A stretch of DNA of 64,000 nucleotides from a virus (lineage: Duplodnaviria; Caudoviricetes): IMG/VR virus record IMGVR_UViG_3300019365_000009, positions 2,229-66,228 of that record; one strand, written 5' to 3'. This document shows positions 7,803 to 19,200 of this stretch, piece by piece; within the stretch, counting starts at the first letter, position 1; every line of letters starts with the position of its first letter. The position numbers and the translations under genes were made by a program. Under the pieces are notes generated by a model, which was not told the DNA's origin, did no database searches, and was given only the letters and a program-made list of their open reading frames with translations.

Positions 7803-10520
7803 TTAGATTGTGACCGTAGCTGTATCGGGATCGTAAGATTTTACTGTGACAGTCGAAGAACCTCCAGTTCCTACAGAAGCTGCGGCTTCAGTAATCAGGG
7901 CATTTGACCATTTTGAGGTATTATCCCAAAGCAATAGATTTTGCCATTTTCCGACATTAAGGACTGTAAAGCAATCCATTAATGTTTCAAGTTGGTTCTG
8001 GTGCTGTTCAATAATAGTCTGTTGAGTAGTATATTGCTGAATGAAGAGAGCAAACTGAGATTCCAGAGCTGTCAGACGGCTGTTGTGACTGATGATGTCG
8101 TTCTCTGCTTCGGAGATACTATTGGGAGAGTTGTACCATATATCCGTATCATTCCAGAAGAAGGGGTCTGCCCATTCGCCTTTCTCAAAACATCCGTTAT
8201 AAGCTCGGATGTCATCGAGCATTTTCTGATATTCAGACTGATGATCTTCGGCTCTCTGATTGATGTTATCAATCTCTTCACTGATTACGTCAATCCTTTC
8301 ATTGGTATCGGCAATAGCCTCATCAATTACTCCGGCGCCATTAGCCCATAGGTGGTCATTATTCCAGATAAAAAGATCCCCCCAGACACCATCGACAAAA
8401 CAGCCAAAATGTTCACCTAATTTAGCGATATTATCATCTTGTGCAGTTTGCTCGCGTCCAATAGCTCTAAGCTGATAAGCAACTTGACGATGTTCTGTAA
8501 GAGCCTCCTTGCGAATTTCATCAGAAGTGTCCTGAAGTTCAGACTGAGTGGCTTCGATAGCCTCCTTATTGTCTTGAATATCAGAAATGTTTTTCTGAAT
8601 GAGTTTGTTATTTGCTTGAATGAGAGAGAGGTTGGTCATTATGTCCTCATTTGCTTCATTCAGCTTATAACGAGTGTCACGAAGGTCATCGCGGAGATCA
8701 GAAATTGCACCAGTAATAACCCCGGTTTCATTAGCCCACAGAAGATCATTATCCCAAATGAAGATATTTCCCCAGATACCATCTGCATAGCAACTGAAGT
8801 GTTCTCCAATCTTGGCAATATTTTCATCCTGAGCGGTTTGCTCACGTCCTATGGCACGAAGCTGGTAAGCGACATTTCGGTGTTCTGTGACCGCATTTTG
8901 CTTAATGATTTCAATTTCATCATCATTATCAGCAATGGCCGAAGCGTTTACCTCAACATCAGATATGATAACTTTGATATTCTCTTCTGCATCAGATATT
9001 CTCGGAGTTGTGGCTTCAAGACCTGCCTGAAGTTCATCCAAACGTTCTTCGGTATCTGTCGGGCAATGACAAGAACCATTGAGATTTGTGTTGGTCCACT
9101 CAGATTCATTTATCCACAAGAGATTATTATCCCATACTCCATTGGTGAGAATGGAAATGCGATAAAGAAGAGAATCAATTTCATGTTGCTGACCCTCCTG
9201 TTTGGTATCAAGCCCATCGAATCTGCCGGTTATGGCCTGATGTTCTTTTTTGAACTCATCGTGCTCTTTGGCAAACTCTTTATGCTCTTTGCGGAAATCC
9301 TCATGTTCCTTACGGAAATCATCAAAAGTCTTATTGATAACCTTTAATGTATTTTCCTTCTCAGTATTGATTTTCTGTATCTCTTTGGTCAGATTCTCAA
9401 TAGATTTCTGATGACCTTCAATTTGAGAATAAATATCCTCAAACGTATTATACATCAGATTAGAATTTTCCCACAGAGCGACATTGCTCCATTTCAGGCC
9501 ATTATCCCAATAGCCATTACTGAAGCAAGCAAGAGTATCAATAAGGTCGATAATCTGCTCATCGTGCTCTTTGATAAGGTCCTGAAGGTCTTTAATTTTC
9601 CTATCATGCTTTTGGAGATGGGTATTAACTAACCCATGCTCTTTAGCATTTTCAAGCATTGCCTCCTCAAACGCCTTATCGCTTTTTGATAGGTGTTCGT
9701 CAAGTTCCTTTATATCAGCAGCAAGAGCATCAGTGATAGCGTATTTGTTGTTATCCCACAATGCTTCCTGGCTCCAATGCAAGTCATTTTCCCATACACC
9801 GGTGCTGAAACAGCTGAAAGAATTATTCAAATCATACACCTGATCCTGAAGGTACTCATTGATACCCATCTGAATCTTCTCTTGGCGTGCGACATGAGCA
9901 GCAAGTGCGCTTATTTCTGTGTTATGCTTCTCAGTTAAATCTTCTATGTCTTGACGATGGTTTTCATCCAAAACGTTTATCTGATTTTGCAAATCGTCAG
10001 TAATGGCGTACTTGTTGTTATCCCAGATTGTTTCATTACTCCACAGAAGAGTATCAATCCAGATTCCTTCACTGAAACAGCTGATGGTGTCAAAAATTGA
10101 ATTTAACTCCCGCTGTTGTTCGGTATTGACTTTTTCAATGTCGTTGATGTGACCCCATTGGTCTCGATTGTCCTCCTGAAGTGCCTCGATTTCCTTCTGT
10201 TGCTTTTGAAAAGCCTCATCCAGTTTCTTGGCATAATCCAACATTTGCTGTGTAAGTTTGCGAGTATCAACGGCATAATTGTAATAATATGCCATATCAA
10301 CCAGCACATCCCACACATCAGTATTGGTATAGACAATGTGCCCCTGGTCATCAGTCATCTTGATTGGGGATTTCCCCTGAGCCTGTAATACTTTACACCT
10401 AAAGACGCAGCCACACGCCGTGACCACGTTCTCTTGGTAGTATTTCTTGGTTAAGTCAAAAGTGTTTCGCCATTTTAAGGCAACACCAATTTTAACTATA
10501 TTGTCATTATTAATACTCAT
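7803..10520 (-). CDS. long fibre-like protein: coiled-coil segments alternating with eight Trp-triplet repeats
   Basis: Repeated (S/G/A)CF-x2-G-x-W-x5-W-x5-W-x-N motif separated by heptad-like segments. Confidence 0.7.
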   Translation of the reverse strand: MSINNDNIVKIGVALKWRNTFDLTKKYYQENVVTACGCVFRCKVLQAQGKSPIKMTDDQGHIVYTNTDVWDVLVDMAYYYNYAVDTRKLTQQMLDYAKKLDEAFQKQQKEIEALQEDNRDQWGHINDIEKVNTEQQRELNSIFDTISCFSEGIWIDTLLWSNETIWDNNKYAITDDLQNQINVLDENHRQDIEDLTEKHNTEISALAAHVARQEKIQMGINEYLQDQVYDLNNSFSCFSTGVWENDLHWSQEALWDNNKYAITDALAADIKELDEHLSKSDKAFEEAMLENAKEHGLVNTHLQKHDRKIKDLQDLIKEHDEQIIDLIDTLACFSNGYWDNGLKWSNVALWENSNLMYNTFEDIYSQIEGHQKSIENLTKEIQKINTEKENTLKVINKTFDDFRKEHEDFRKEHKEFAKEHDEFKKEHQAITGRFDGLDTKQEGQQHEIDSLLYRISILTNGVWDNNLLWINESEWTNTNLNGSCHCPTDTEERLDELQAGLEATTPRISDAEENIKVIISDVEVNASAIADNDDEIEIIKQNAVTEHRNVAYQLRAIGREQTAQDENIAKIGEHFSCYADGIWGNIFIWDNDLLWANETGVITGAISDLRDDLRDTRYKLNEANEDIMTNLSLIQANNKLIQKNISDIQDNKEAIEATQSELQDTSDEIRKEALTEHRQVAYQLRAIGREQTAQDDNIAKLGEHFGCFVDGVWGDLFIWNNDHLWANGAGVIDEAIADTNERIDVISEEIDNINQRAEDHQSEYQKMLDDIRAYNGCFEKGEWADPFFWNDTDIWYNSPNSISEAENDIISHNSRLTALESQFALFIQQYTTQQTIIEQHQNQLETLMDCFTVLNVGKWQNLLLWDNTSKWSNALITEAAASVGTGGSSTVTVKSYDPDTATVTI

Positions 10521-10521
10521 A

Positions 10522-11904
10522 CTATTGATTTATTTGAGTTGCATAAATATGCTGAGTGATTTCATCCAGTGTCATATCACTGATGTTGGTGCTGTTTGAT
10601 ACGATACCAAGGAGTCGGCCGGTATGAATGTCTTGTACCAGTCCAAGCATATTCTTGATATTGGCACTTGTTTGAGGCACCATATACAATCCTTTTCCTG
10701 CGTGGAATTGATCTTGGCGAATCATATATTTCACCACTGCCCGGCGCTTTAGGATAAAGCACTTGTGGCAAGTTTCAGTGAGCCAGTATGGTTGCTCAAC
10801 CAATGCGGTATAGAGTCGGGTCTCGTCATTATCATTGATGATGAAAATTGGAGCGTCCTTTACATTATCCTCGGTCTCATCATCGAACATAACTATGGTA
10901 TTCGCCTCTAAGGTGGCTGAAATGATGTAGTATTGATCGCTTGGAATAATCTCGCCTACACCATTGAACTGACCGGGTTCGACCTTATTGGCTATTCTGG
11001 AAACACTGGTTGTATAGTCTGTAAATAAAAGAATATTAAGTACATAAGGATAGCCGTTTAACAGCTCCATAAAATCGGTATCTGATAGTTCATTCAGGAC
11101 CACATTGCGCCGCACATATTCATCAGTAAACAAACTAAAGAATGAGAGATTGAGGTCATCAATATCATCCAGTCCTATATCTGATTCCTCCTTTTCAGGG
11201 CTAAAAAGAACATCGAGCTTACACGTCTCGTTATCAAATTCTGCATCCTGAATGGGTTTCTTGTCGCCATTGAACTGAGCTTCCAGAACTTTCTGTAAAT
11301 CGGAATGAGACACTACACAATTCAAATATTTAGTAATGCCCACGCCAGTTGTCGGATATCTATAACTTTTTCCGGGAGCACACAATGTCAGGAGCTGCGA
11401 AGCCTGATCATCACTGTAATTGATACTGATGTCAGTGCTTTTTGCAGAGTAGATGTATGCCTTATCCAGTGCCTCCGACTTGCTGTTCTGCACCATCTTG
11501 ATCATAAATTCTCCATCAATATCTATGAATGGAAGCATACAAGCCGGTATGGGGGCGGCAATATTCTTGCTAAGGACATCGCTATTTACTGGCAAACCAA
11601 AATCGCCTCTGATTCTTTCAAAGACATAATACTTGCCATCGCGTAATCCTACAAGTCTGATTCTGAAATTGCTGGTATTGGGTATGTATGAAGATTTGAA
11701 ACGGCAAGTCATTTCGCCATCTTCATATCCTACAATACTCCAGTAGGCTTCGGGAATAATAATGTTACAGATAAGAATGTCAAGTTCTTTATCCTCATCG
11801 AAGATATTACCCCACAATGAGTCGAACATCGGCACTGAAGCATTGGACTTGTCCTCGGTTAACAAGTCGCGCTCCTTCATATCTATGATTAAGTCTCTTA
11901 CCAT
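10522..11904 (-). CDS. putative baseplate protein
   Basis: Position between spike and fibre genes; probable ATG at 11904 (MVRDL). Confidence 0.5.
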   Translation of the reverse strand: MVRDLIIDMKERDLLTEDKSNASVPMFDSLWGNIFDEDKELDILICNIIIPEAYWSIVGYEDGEMTCRFKSSYIPNTSNFRIRLVGLRDGKYYVFERIRGDFGLPVNSDVLSKNIAAPIPACMLPFIDIDGEFMIKMVQNSKSEALDKAYIYSAKSTDISINYSDDQASQLLTLCAPGKSYRYPTTGVGITKYLNCVVSHSDLQKVLEAQFNGDKKPIQDAEFDNETCKLDVLFSPEKEESDIGLDDIDDLNLSFFSLFTDEYVRRNVVLNELSDTDFMELLNGYPYVLNILLFTDYTTSVSRIANKVEPGQFNGVGEIIPSDQYYIISATLEANTIVMFDDETEDNVKDAPIFIINDNDETRLYTALVEQPYWLTETCHKCFILKRRAVVKYMIRQDQFHAGKGLYMVPQTSANIKNMLGLVQDIHTGRLLGIVSNSTNISDMTLDEITQHIYATQINQ

Positions 11905-11947
11905 CTTTCTTGACTGCGTTTTATCTATAATAGTCAAATCTGATGGC

Positions 11948-12523
11948 TCAACTTATGGTTATTTTGGTTATAGTTGCTGTGCCGGTGGATGATACGGCTG
12001 GATGAGTGGCGGCACCGGGAGTCACATTCATTGCAAGACTGTTTATCCAGTCCATAATTCCCCCACATACCACTTCCCAGACCTTTTGTTGTGGGTCTTT
12101 ATCTCCAACATCGTGTGTAGCTTTCAGATTGGCCTGAGTTGTTACAATTCCTATCGGTAAAAATGGTTTTTGTGGAAAAACCAGTCCTCCGTTGCCCATT
12201 GGAGCTAATTGAAATCCAGCAATAATATTGGCCTCAATTTGTTTAATCCAACTATCAAAACTATTCGATGGACCAGTGGGAGCGCAACTGCCAACAATCT
12301 TAAAAGTGTCGGACACTAATGGATCTGGGGCAGGTGGAACGCCAGGGATAATACCAACATAAGCAACTACGACTGTAGTGTTGGCTACCAGATACTCAGT
12401 AATTCCAGCTGCTACTGCACTCATAGCGGCAGTGACACTCCCGGCAGAATAATCTTTGCCGGAAGTGCCTATTGAACTTTTGAGTTTTGATATGATTGTT
12501 TGTGCAAAAGCTGACTTACTCAT
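11948..12523 (-). CDS. hypothetical virion protein
   Basis: Tightly packed in the baseplate operon. Confidence 0.6.
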   Translation of the reverse strand: MSKSAFAQTIISKLKSSIGTSGKDYSAGSVTAAMSAVAAGITEYLVANTTVVVAYVGIIPGVPPAPDPLVSDTFKIVGSCAPTGPSNSFDSWIKQIEANIIAGFQLAPMGNGGLVFPQKPFLPIGIVTTQANLKATHDVGDKDPQQKVWEVVCGGIMDWINSLAMNVTPGAATHPAVSSTGTATITKITIS

Positions 12524-12525
12524 AA

Positions 12526-13458
12526 TTAAGTTCCACTAACTGATGATCCACAATGAGGAGCGCCACTGAAAGGACACACTTTAATGGCATTGAACGGTCC
12601 ATTTAAGTCGGTAGCTGATACTCCTTTGGTTTTGAGAGTGCCACCGGTAATGGTAACTGAAGTTCCGTCAACTTTTACGTCGGAGCCTTTGATTTCACAA
12701 CTGCTTGTTTCGATTTTGGCTTTATCGGTTTTGATATTCACTGAGCCATCTTCTTCGGTAATGGTTGTGCCTCCGACTTGAAATGAGACCTTGCCACTGG
12801 TCTCAATCATTACGTTTTCTCCATCAATGGTGATTTTCGTGTCACCTACTGTGATGATTTTATGCTCAACAGTTTTTTCTTCTTTGAACCCCTCTTCATC
12901 ATCCGGGGAAATAATCTGGTCAGTGATGGTGGTGCAGGTGTATTTTGTACTGGTCTTATTTTTAGTTGGTTCTAATTCATAATAATCCTTATCCAAACCA
13001 TCATCAGTCTCGATAAGTTTTTCTGTCTCGGTAACACCAATTTCTATCACACCATCATCCTCTCCTTCAAGCGAATGAGCGAGCATTTGAATACGCTTTG
13101 CGTGGCTATACATAATCACATACTCTTGACCATCTGTGGGATTCTGAACAATAACAACTTCAGAATAAAGCATGGGAACAATCAGGACACCATCAGAGTT
13201 ATCCTGAATGGCAGACAGAAGCACTCCCTCATGATGACCGGTACCCATAATCGGATATTCATCAGGCTCATAGTTAAATTCCTGAACATCTATAGTTCCG
13301 GCCAAATCTCCCTCTTCATGGATGGCACATACATACCCTATGATTTTCTTAGTTCCGCGTACTGCGCCATCAGGCCCAGTCATACCTTGACGAGCCATTT
13401 GACCTATTGACCGGCGCACATCGCCGGAATATTTATTGATTCCTCCTTTGAGCGACAT
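12526..13458 (-). CDS. baseplate central spike (gpV-like)
   Basis: N-terminal OB-like region, T/G/V-rich beta-helix repeats, C-terminal CPFSGAPH putative metal-binding tip. Confidence 0.7.
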   Translation of the reverse strand: MSLKGGINKYSGDVRRSIGQMARQGMTGPDGAVRGTKKIIGYVCAIHEEGDLAGTIDVQEFNYEPDEYPIMGTGHHEGVLLSAIQDNSDGVLIVPMLYSEVVIVQNPTDGQEYVIMYSHAKRIQMLAHSLEGEDDGVIEIGVTETEKLIETDDGLDKDYYELEPTKNKTSTKYTCTTITDQIISPDDEEGFKEEKTVEHKIITVGDTKITIDGENVMIETSGKVSFQVGGTTITEEDGSVNIKTDKAKIETSSCEIKGSDVKVDGTSVTITGGTLKTKGVSATDLNGPFNAIKVCPFSGAPHCGSSVSGT

Positions 13459-13463
13459 AATGA

Positions 13464-15107
13464 TTAAATGATTTGAACTGGTTTTGAGAATGTGGCAATC
13501 TTAAACGGGATATGAAGTTCTCGGCGATAACCATTCATTCCGAAAGTGGTATTAACGGCTTCAACATAGTAATACCCATTCTTTTCAGGCTGTCGAACAT
13601 CTATCAATCCTATAATGTCGGTAGGACGGACAAGAAGATCTCCGAATATTTCAATCGACCCGGATATGCCATTGGGATTATAGTTTGCCCAATATTGCTT
13701 TGCTTCTTCTATCAACTCTTCCTCCGTAATACCAACTTTTGTTGAGATATACTGGATGACGTGATATTTGTCGAGTTTTGCCGGATCCGTCAAATGTCCT
13801 TCAATACGCTTTGTGCTGTAGGTGCCATTGACGAATTTCATCTTCTTTCTATCTTTTACCTTACGGCGATTGACAACCTGAAACTGGCCATCGCTATCAA
13901 TTACCCACCCCTCATCATCAGGATTGGGATTTTTACGCAATGTCAGCTTAAAAAACTGATTATCCTTTGTCCGCCCCTGAGCTTCAACTGCAAGATATTT
14001 TTTATCATTGCGTTTGAGATTGAGCTTGTCATGAGCGACATCCCAGTCAAATTGAATGAGTTTGACTGAGTTGTTTCCCCCATTGTAGGTGATGTATTTC
14101 TTATCATTGTTCGGTAGGCCACCACCTTTCCCGGCATAATAAGTCAAGCCGACACGAAGTTGAACAGAACCATCTGATTTGGTTTCCATTATGCAGAGGA
14201 CACCGCTCTTACTCCATTCAGTCAATACATCGGCTATTGTGAGATTGTTACTGATTGAACCACCACTTACTGATATGGTTGAACCTTTACTGGCAGCTGC
14301 CAGAGGTATGCCAGTATCTTGTAAGAGATGATATGTGCCATCATCATCGAGAAAATCCTTAACCATTAATGTGGCTTTGGCCGATATGTTGGGGGTACTG
14401 ACAGAGGCAAGGATATGAGCCATATTGGTACACTCCAATTCCAGAGGTGTATCTACTGAAATGGCTGTGATAAAGCCGGTAAATACAACATCCATATTGG
14501 GATCACTGTCAGCAGTGTTCATTTTCTTGAACTCAGTCTCTGAATAAGCATATCCCAGTCTGATTTCAATACGATTTCCAACCGCAACATCGTTGGGGCT
14601 TAATAAGGCCGGCTCATTCTTTGTTCTGTTAAAATCTATCAATCCCTTATCATCATAGTTGGCGGCCATAGACGTGGTGGAAATTCCATCTTCACTAAAT
14701 AATGCTGTCGGAGAAGTAGTGATATCACCATCATTATTAGCTGTGATAAGAGTGTTTTCTTTATCAGTTGAGTCTGCTTTATCGCCACTTGTTACATCCT
14801 TTTCTTTTCTGCTGGAGAGATTGATTACAGTGCCACGAGGGAATTTAACTACAGCCTTATTGATAAGGTTTTTTGCTGAGTCTGACACTTCAATGCTTTC
14901 ACATTCTCTAATGGTGAGGCATTGATTAGCTGAAGGTATGGAAAACCAATCATTACCATTAGCCTTCCATATCTTGATCTGACAAACGAGTATAGCGAGT
15001 TTATCCTCATACGCCTTATGCTGATAGTATTTGGGCGTGAGGGTGTATTCGACCTGCTGAACTAAATCAGGTCGCTGAGTTCGGAGTGCTGTTAAATCTG
15101 AAGCCAT
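13464..15107 (-). CDS. baseplate hub (gpD/gp27-like)
   Basis: RIEIRLGY...VFTGFITAIS...LELEC and C-terminal GSIEIFG..VRPTDII..YYVEAVNTTFG pattern; precedes the spike. Confidence 0.7.
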   Translation of the reverse strand: MASDLTALRTQRPDLVQQVEYTLTPKYYQHKAYEDKLAILVCQIKIWKANGNDWFSIPSANQCLTIRECESIEVSDSAKNLINKAVVKFPRGTVINLSSRKEKDVTSGDKADSTDKENTLITANNDGDITTSPTALFSEDGISTTSMAANYDDKGLIDFNRTKNEPALLSPNDVAVGNRIEIRLGYAYSETEFKKMNTADSDPNMDVVFTGFITAISVDTPLELECTNMAHILASVSTPNISAKATLMVKDFLDDDGTYHLLQDTGIPLAAASKGSTISVSGGSISNNLTIADVLTEWSKSGVLCIMETKSDGSVQLRVGLTYYAGKGGGLPNNDKKYITYNGGNNSVKLIQFDWDVAHDKLNLKRNDKKYLAVEAQGRTKDNQFFKLTLRKNPNPDDEGWVIDSDGQFQVVNRRKVKDRKKMKFVNGTYSTKRIEGHLTDPAKLDKYHVIQYISTKVGITEEELIEEAKQYWANYNPNGISGSIEIFGDLLVRPTDIIGLIDVRQPEKNGYYYVEAVNTTFGMNGYRRELHIPFKIATFSKPVQII

Positions 15108-15109
15108 AA

Positions 15110-16189
15110 TTATAACTCATCTTCCAGCAGACCGGCGGCGAGTCCAATTCCTTGTTTGAGTGCATCGGCTGCCATAGACTTCAGTCCTTCAAGCTGGTTG
15201 TTCAACATCTTCATCCATTCGCTGCCATCATCATCCTTGGCCGATACATTCTTCTGAGGAATGATAGAAACCGTATCTTCAGAAATTTCGATTTCATTTT
15301 CAGGCTGGAGGCCGATAGCAGAGAATGTGTATTGCTGGAGTGCCTTGTATCCTTGACGCGGAGAGACACTGAAATTCTCAATAACAATATGGGTAATTCC
15401 AAGCTGGTCAAGTACCATATTATTGATTTTGATGATACCCTTGTATTGCATGACCTTATAGAACTTCTGCATCTCTTCTGCCGGATAGATGTCAGGTTTA
15501 CCACTGGTAATCTGTCCTGAGACTGTGAATTTTATATCGCCATTGGAAACCAGTTCTTTTCGGCTATAGTCTCGGCCAGTCACACGGGTGGCTATGAGGT
15601 TTTTGTCGGAATTGATTGTAATCAATGCGGTTGTGTCATACCAAACCAAAGTTTTTGTAGTTACGGTATTGCTCACTGTATCAGGCTCTTGCTCCTTATA
15701 GATACCTTTCTTTGCATCGACAACTTTGGTACGATATACTGGGAATTTCTGAGTGACAGTAATGCTTTGATCAAGTTCAATACCTAACATCAATGCCTCT
15801 GGAGCTTTACCACCCCAATCATCCAAGGCGTATATGGTTCCACCATCGACCTGCATCATACCGTATTCCTTAGCCTCAACTTCTTGTTTCTTCAGTTCAG
15901 ACTCTACCCATGCTGCACCGACAGTATCTTTTGTTCGCTTACCATTCAGAAGGGAGTTAAAAGCATTGACCGCTTCATTTTTCAATTCAGATACAGCTCC
16001 CCGGACAACCCCTTTGACTGCTACTTGAAGTAGTGAGCCTCCGGCGCCGTCTTTGTAGTAAAATTTACAGTTGCTATCTCTACCACCATTGGCAATTTTA
16101 CTCTGTAAAGTATTGAACAAGGCCCCCATTGTAGAAGCCATTGCACTGCCGGTGGATGTTATTGCGAGGTTATTTAGACTTGTACTCAT
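15110..16189 (-). CDS. tail tube initiator (DUF6046/gpU-like)
   Basis: KNLIATRVTGRDYSRKELVSNGDIKFTVSG motif; follows the tape measure gene. Confidence 0.6.
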   Translation of the reverse strand: MSTSLNNLAITSTGSAMASTMGALFNTLQSKIANGGRDSNCKFYYKDGAGGSLLQVAVKGVVRGAVSELKNEAVNAFNSLLNGKRTKDTVGAAWVESELKKQEVEAKEYGMMQVDGGTIYALDDWGGKAPEALMLGIELDQSITVTQKFPVYRTKVVDAKKGIYKEQEPDTVSNTVTTKTLVWYDTTALITINSDKNLIATRVTGRDYSRKELVSNGDIKFTVSGQITSGKPDIYPAEEMQKFYKVMQYKGIIKINNMVLDQLGITHIVIENFSVSPRQGYKALQQYTFSAIGLQPENEIEISEDTVSIIPQKNVSAKDDDGSEWMKMLNNQLEGLKSMAADALKQGIGLAAGLLEDEL

Positions 16190-16222
16190 ACTCTATAATA
16201 GTGTTGTGATGAGAAAATGAAA

Positions 16223-16262
16223 ATGCCGCCTTTCCCAACAAATTTTCGGTACTTGGCGGCAT
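16223..16262 (-). terminator. putative terminator after the tape measure gene
   Basis: ATGCCGCC/GGCGGCAT inverted repeat followed by a T-rich tail on the minus strand. Confidence 0.5.
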
Positions 16263-16267
16263 TACGA

Positions 16268-19200
16268 TTATGTAAGATCCATTACTCGCTGAGCCTGATT
16301 TGAGGCTTCGGCAAACATCTGATAGACAGCTCCCGCTATTCTATCTTCCATTGTCGCAATCAAATCACGCTCTTCAGCACTGGAGGCCACTGTGGTTCGG
16401 TCAAAATTAGCCAGATTGTTAATGTTGAATACAACCTGAGTGGGTCTTGCCGCAGTTCTATCATAGTGAGAAGCGTATGCTTGCTGGTCTTTCGCTGGAG
16501 CCGGAGTTGGTGTTGAGGTCGGAGTATTCTGAGTGCCAGAATTGTTGTTTCCAAACTGTTTTGCCTTTTCCGTCAAGTGTTTGTTATGTTTAATGATGGT
16601 ATTGGCAGTTTTGCGCGAGATGTTGCTATACATCTGCTGTTGCTCTCCGGAACGTGTCACAACACGATTACCAAGATTAATCGTATTGCCGGATCTGCCC
16701 ATCACAAAGTCCACATACTGCTTTTCAGTGATACCAGCTTTTACCCATTCTGAATTGGAATTATTGTCAATCCATTGAGCATAGTATTGTCTGGGAGTTT
16801 CATCTCCGTATTTAGCACCATTAAGTTGATGACGGATTTGATTTTTCAGATTATTTGCATCACTAATGTCAATGATTCCAGCTTCGGCCATCATCTTATA
16901 TGCAGTTCCGATAATGTCGGTGAATCCTTGAAGAGTCAGGTTAAAGTTTGTGACCTTGGTCCGGATTTGATCTAAGATATTCGTGAATCTCAACTGACCA
17001 TTCGGAAGAGTGGAAAGCATTAACTCAATATTGGCTTGCTGCTGCCCATCAGCTGAAACGGCGTTGTATATAACGTGATAATCACCAATGATATTGGAGA
17101 TTGCGTTATACCATTCATCAGTGTATAACTTGGCGCGATTCTCTGCATCTGACAACCACTGATAAGCGTTCATTTTTCCCACCAAGGTACCCATTTGACC
17201 ATTGATAGTTGCATCAAGAAGGTTTTGCGCACCTAACTGATACTGGTCATAAACACTACGGTTGCTTGTCTGCTGGAATTGTTTAGGTGTCATTCCGGCA
17301 GAAGGCAATTTAGCAGTGAACTGAGACATGAATCTGTCTCTTATGGCAAAGGCTGCCTGCTGATATTCGATTTCAGATTTATATGTGGTCTCTCCAGCAA
17401 GATACTTTTGACGGAGTTCCGCAATCTCTCGTATGGCCTGCTGAGTACGGAGGTCATTTGCACCTTCGATCATAAGTGCATCCTGAACCATACCATTGCG
17501 TTGATTTATGGCCGTATCTTCATCGGCATGCCACATATTCCACAATGCTATACCAAGATTGCTTGCATCATTATGAAGGTTGTACTCCATTTGCTTATGC
17601 TTCTTAGAGAAGTCATAATTCCGTGCATTACCGATAGCGAGAGAATAAGCTGGATTTGCAGTTATGACATTCTTCCACTTGGTCGTAACATCATTTACTG
17701 ACTGCTTACTTGCATCTTTTGAGAAATCATTAAAAATTGTCGCATAAAGTTGATTGAACTTCTGCTTATCCGCATTATATTTCTCGATTTGAGTAGTGTC
17801 AATACTGGATATTACAGGAGCAGCTTCAGGAATATTCTCATTCATCATATCCTGATACCACTGACCTTCCTTGGTAAGTTCTCGATGGGTTCGATCAGCA
17901 GCTTTGTTGGCCTGTACTCTTGCACGTTGCTGGGCTTCAGAGGTGCCATCTATGCGCTGTTTGAGCTTATAGAGACCATATCCAAGTCCGGCCACAGCAC
18001 CAACAGCCAATGTTACAGGGTTTACCAAGAATCCGGCGGCCTTGGCCAATCCAGTAAGTAATCCCATAAGCATACTCTTCAGTCCACCAAACATCGGAGC
18101 GAATGAAGCCATAGTTGGCACAGCGGTTGCGGCAGCTCGGAAAGCACGCCCAGCTCTGGCCGAGCCATACATTCTCACGGCTCGTTCACGCACTGCTGCA
18201 TAGTGCTGGCGTGTCTCTTTATTGAGCGCGGCCAATGTAGTTCGCTTGTTCGCTCCACTAGGAGCTAACTCTCCGGCCAATATAGCGTTTGCCGCCATAG
18301 CATTATGCGCTCTGGTAGCGATATTGCCTCGGATAACCTTGTTTGTGCCCCACTTACCAGAACCAACTATGAATGGAGCGTTTGTTATAGCAGCGTTTGC
18401 CGCACCTCCAGCAACAACCCGACCGGCCACATTGCGTGTCATTGTTGTGCCTCCGGCAGCAGATATGCCGGCCAAAGCCATGATGGAGCCTTTGAGACGG
18501 TCAAATACACCAATCAAAGATATGATAGGAGCAATGAGCGCACCCATCTGGGTAATACCCATTTGGAATGTGATCCAGAATTTGATAAGTCCGGGAGCTG
18601 CATTGTAGAGAGAGGCCCATATCTTGACAAACCACGCCATAACTTTGCCTATCTCAATGATTAAATCGAGAAGGTTCTGCATCATCTGGATTGTTTCGGG
18701 TTTAGCAAGGTAGTCTCTTAGTTTTTTCAACATTTCTTCAAATCCACCTTGACGATTTTCAAACGCCTGAACAATGCCTTCAGTAAATGTTGATGTGACT
18801 TGTGCCCACAGACCTGATATGGTGTTCTGTTTCTCTTCTGCAATAGCACCAGAGATATTTCCATTGACGGAATTACGGTTTGCCAGCATAAGAGATACAA
18901 GAGAGCTAAGGCCAGCCTTACTACTCATCTTGTTCGACACAGCTTCGATACCAGTCCCAATCTCTTCGGCAACCCCTTTATCGCCACCGGCAGCGGCAAG
19001 TAAGGTTGCAGCGGCGCCAGGTTGAGCAGTGATTCGGAAAAGATTACCGACAATAGAGGCCATTTGGTTTTCAGGTATGCGCTGGGCCATTTCGATTAAG
19101 ATGTCGGACATAGCACGATAACTACCATCTTCTTTGAGGGTAGTGATCCCGTAGCTTTGTTTCATCATATCCAGAACTGCCTTCTGATTTTTGTTTGGCT

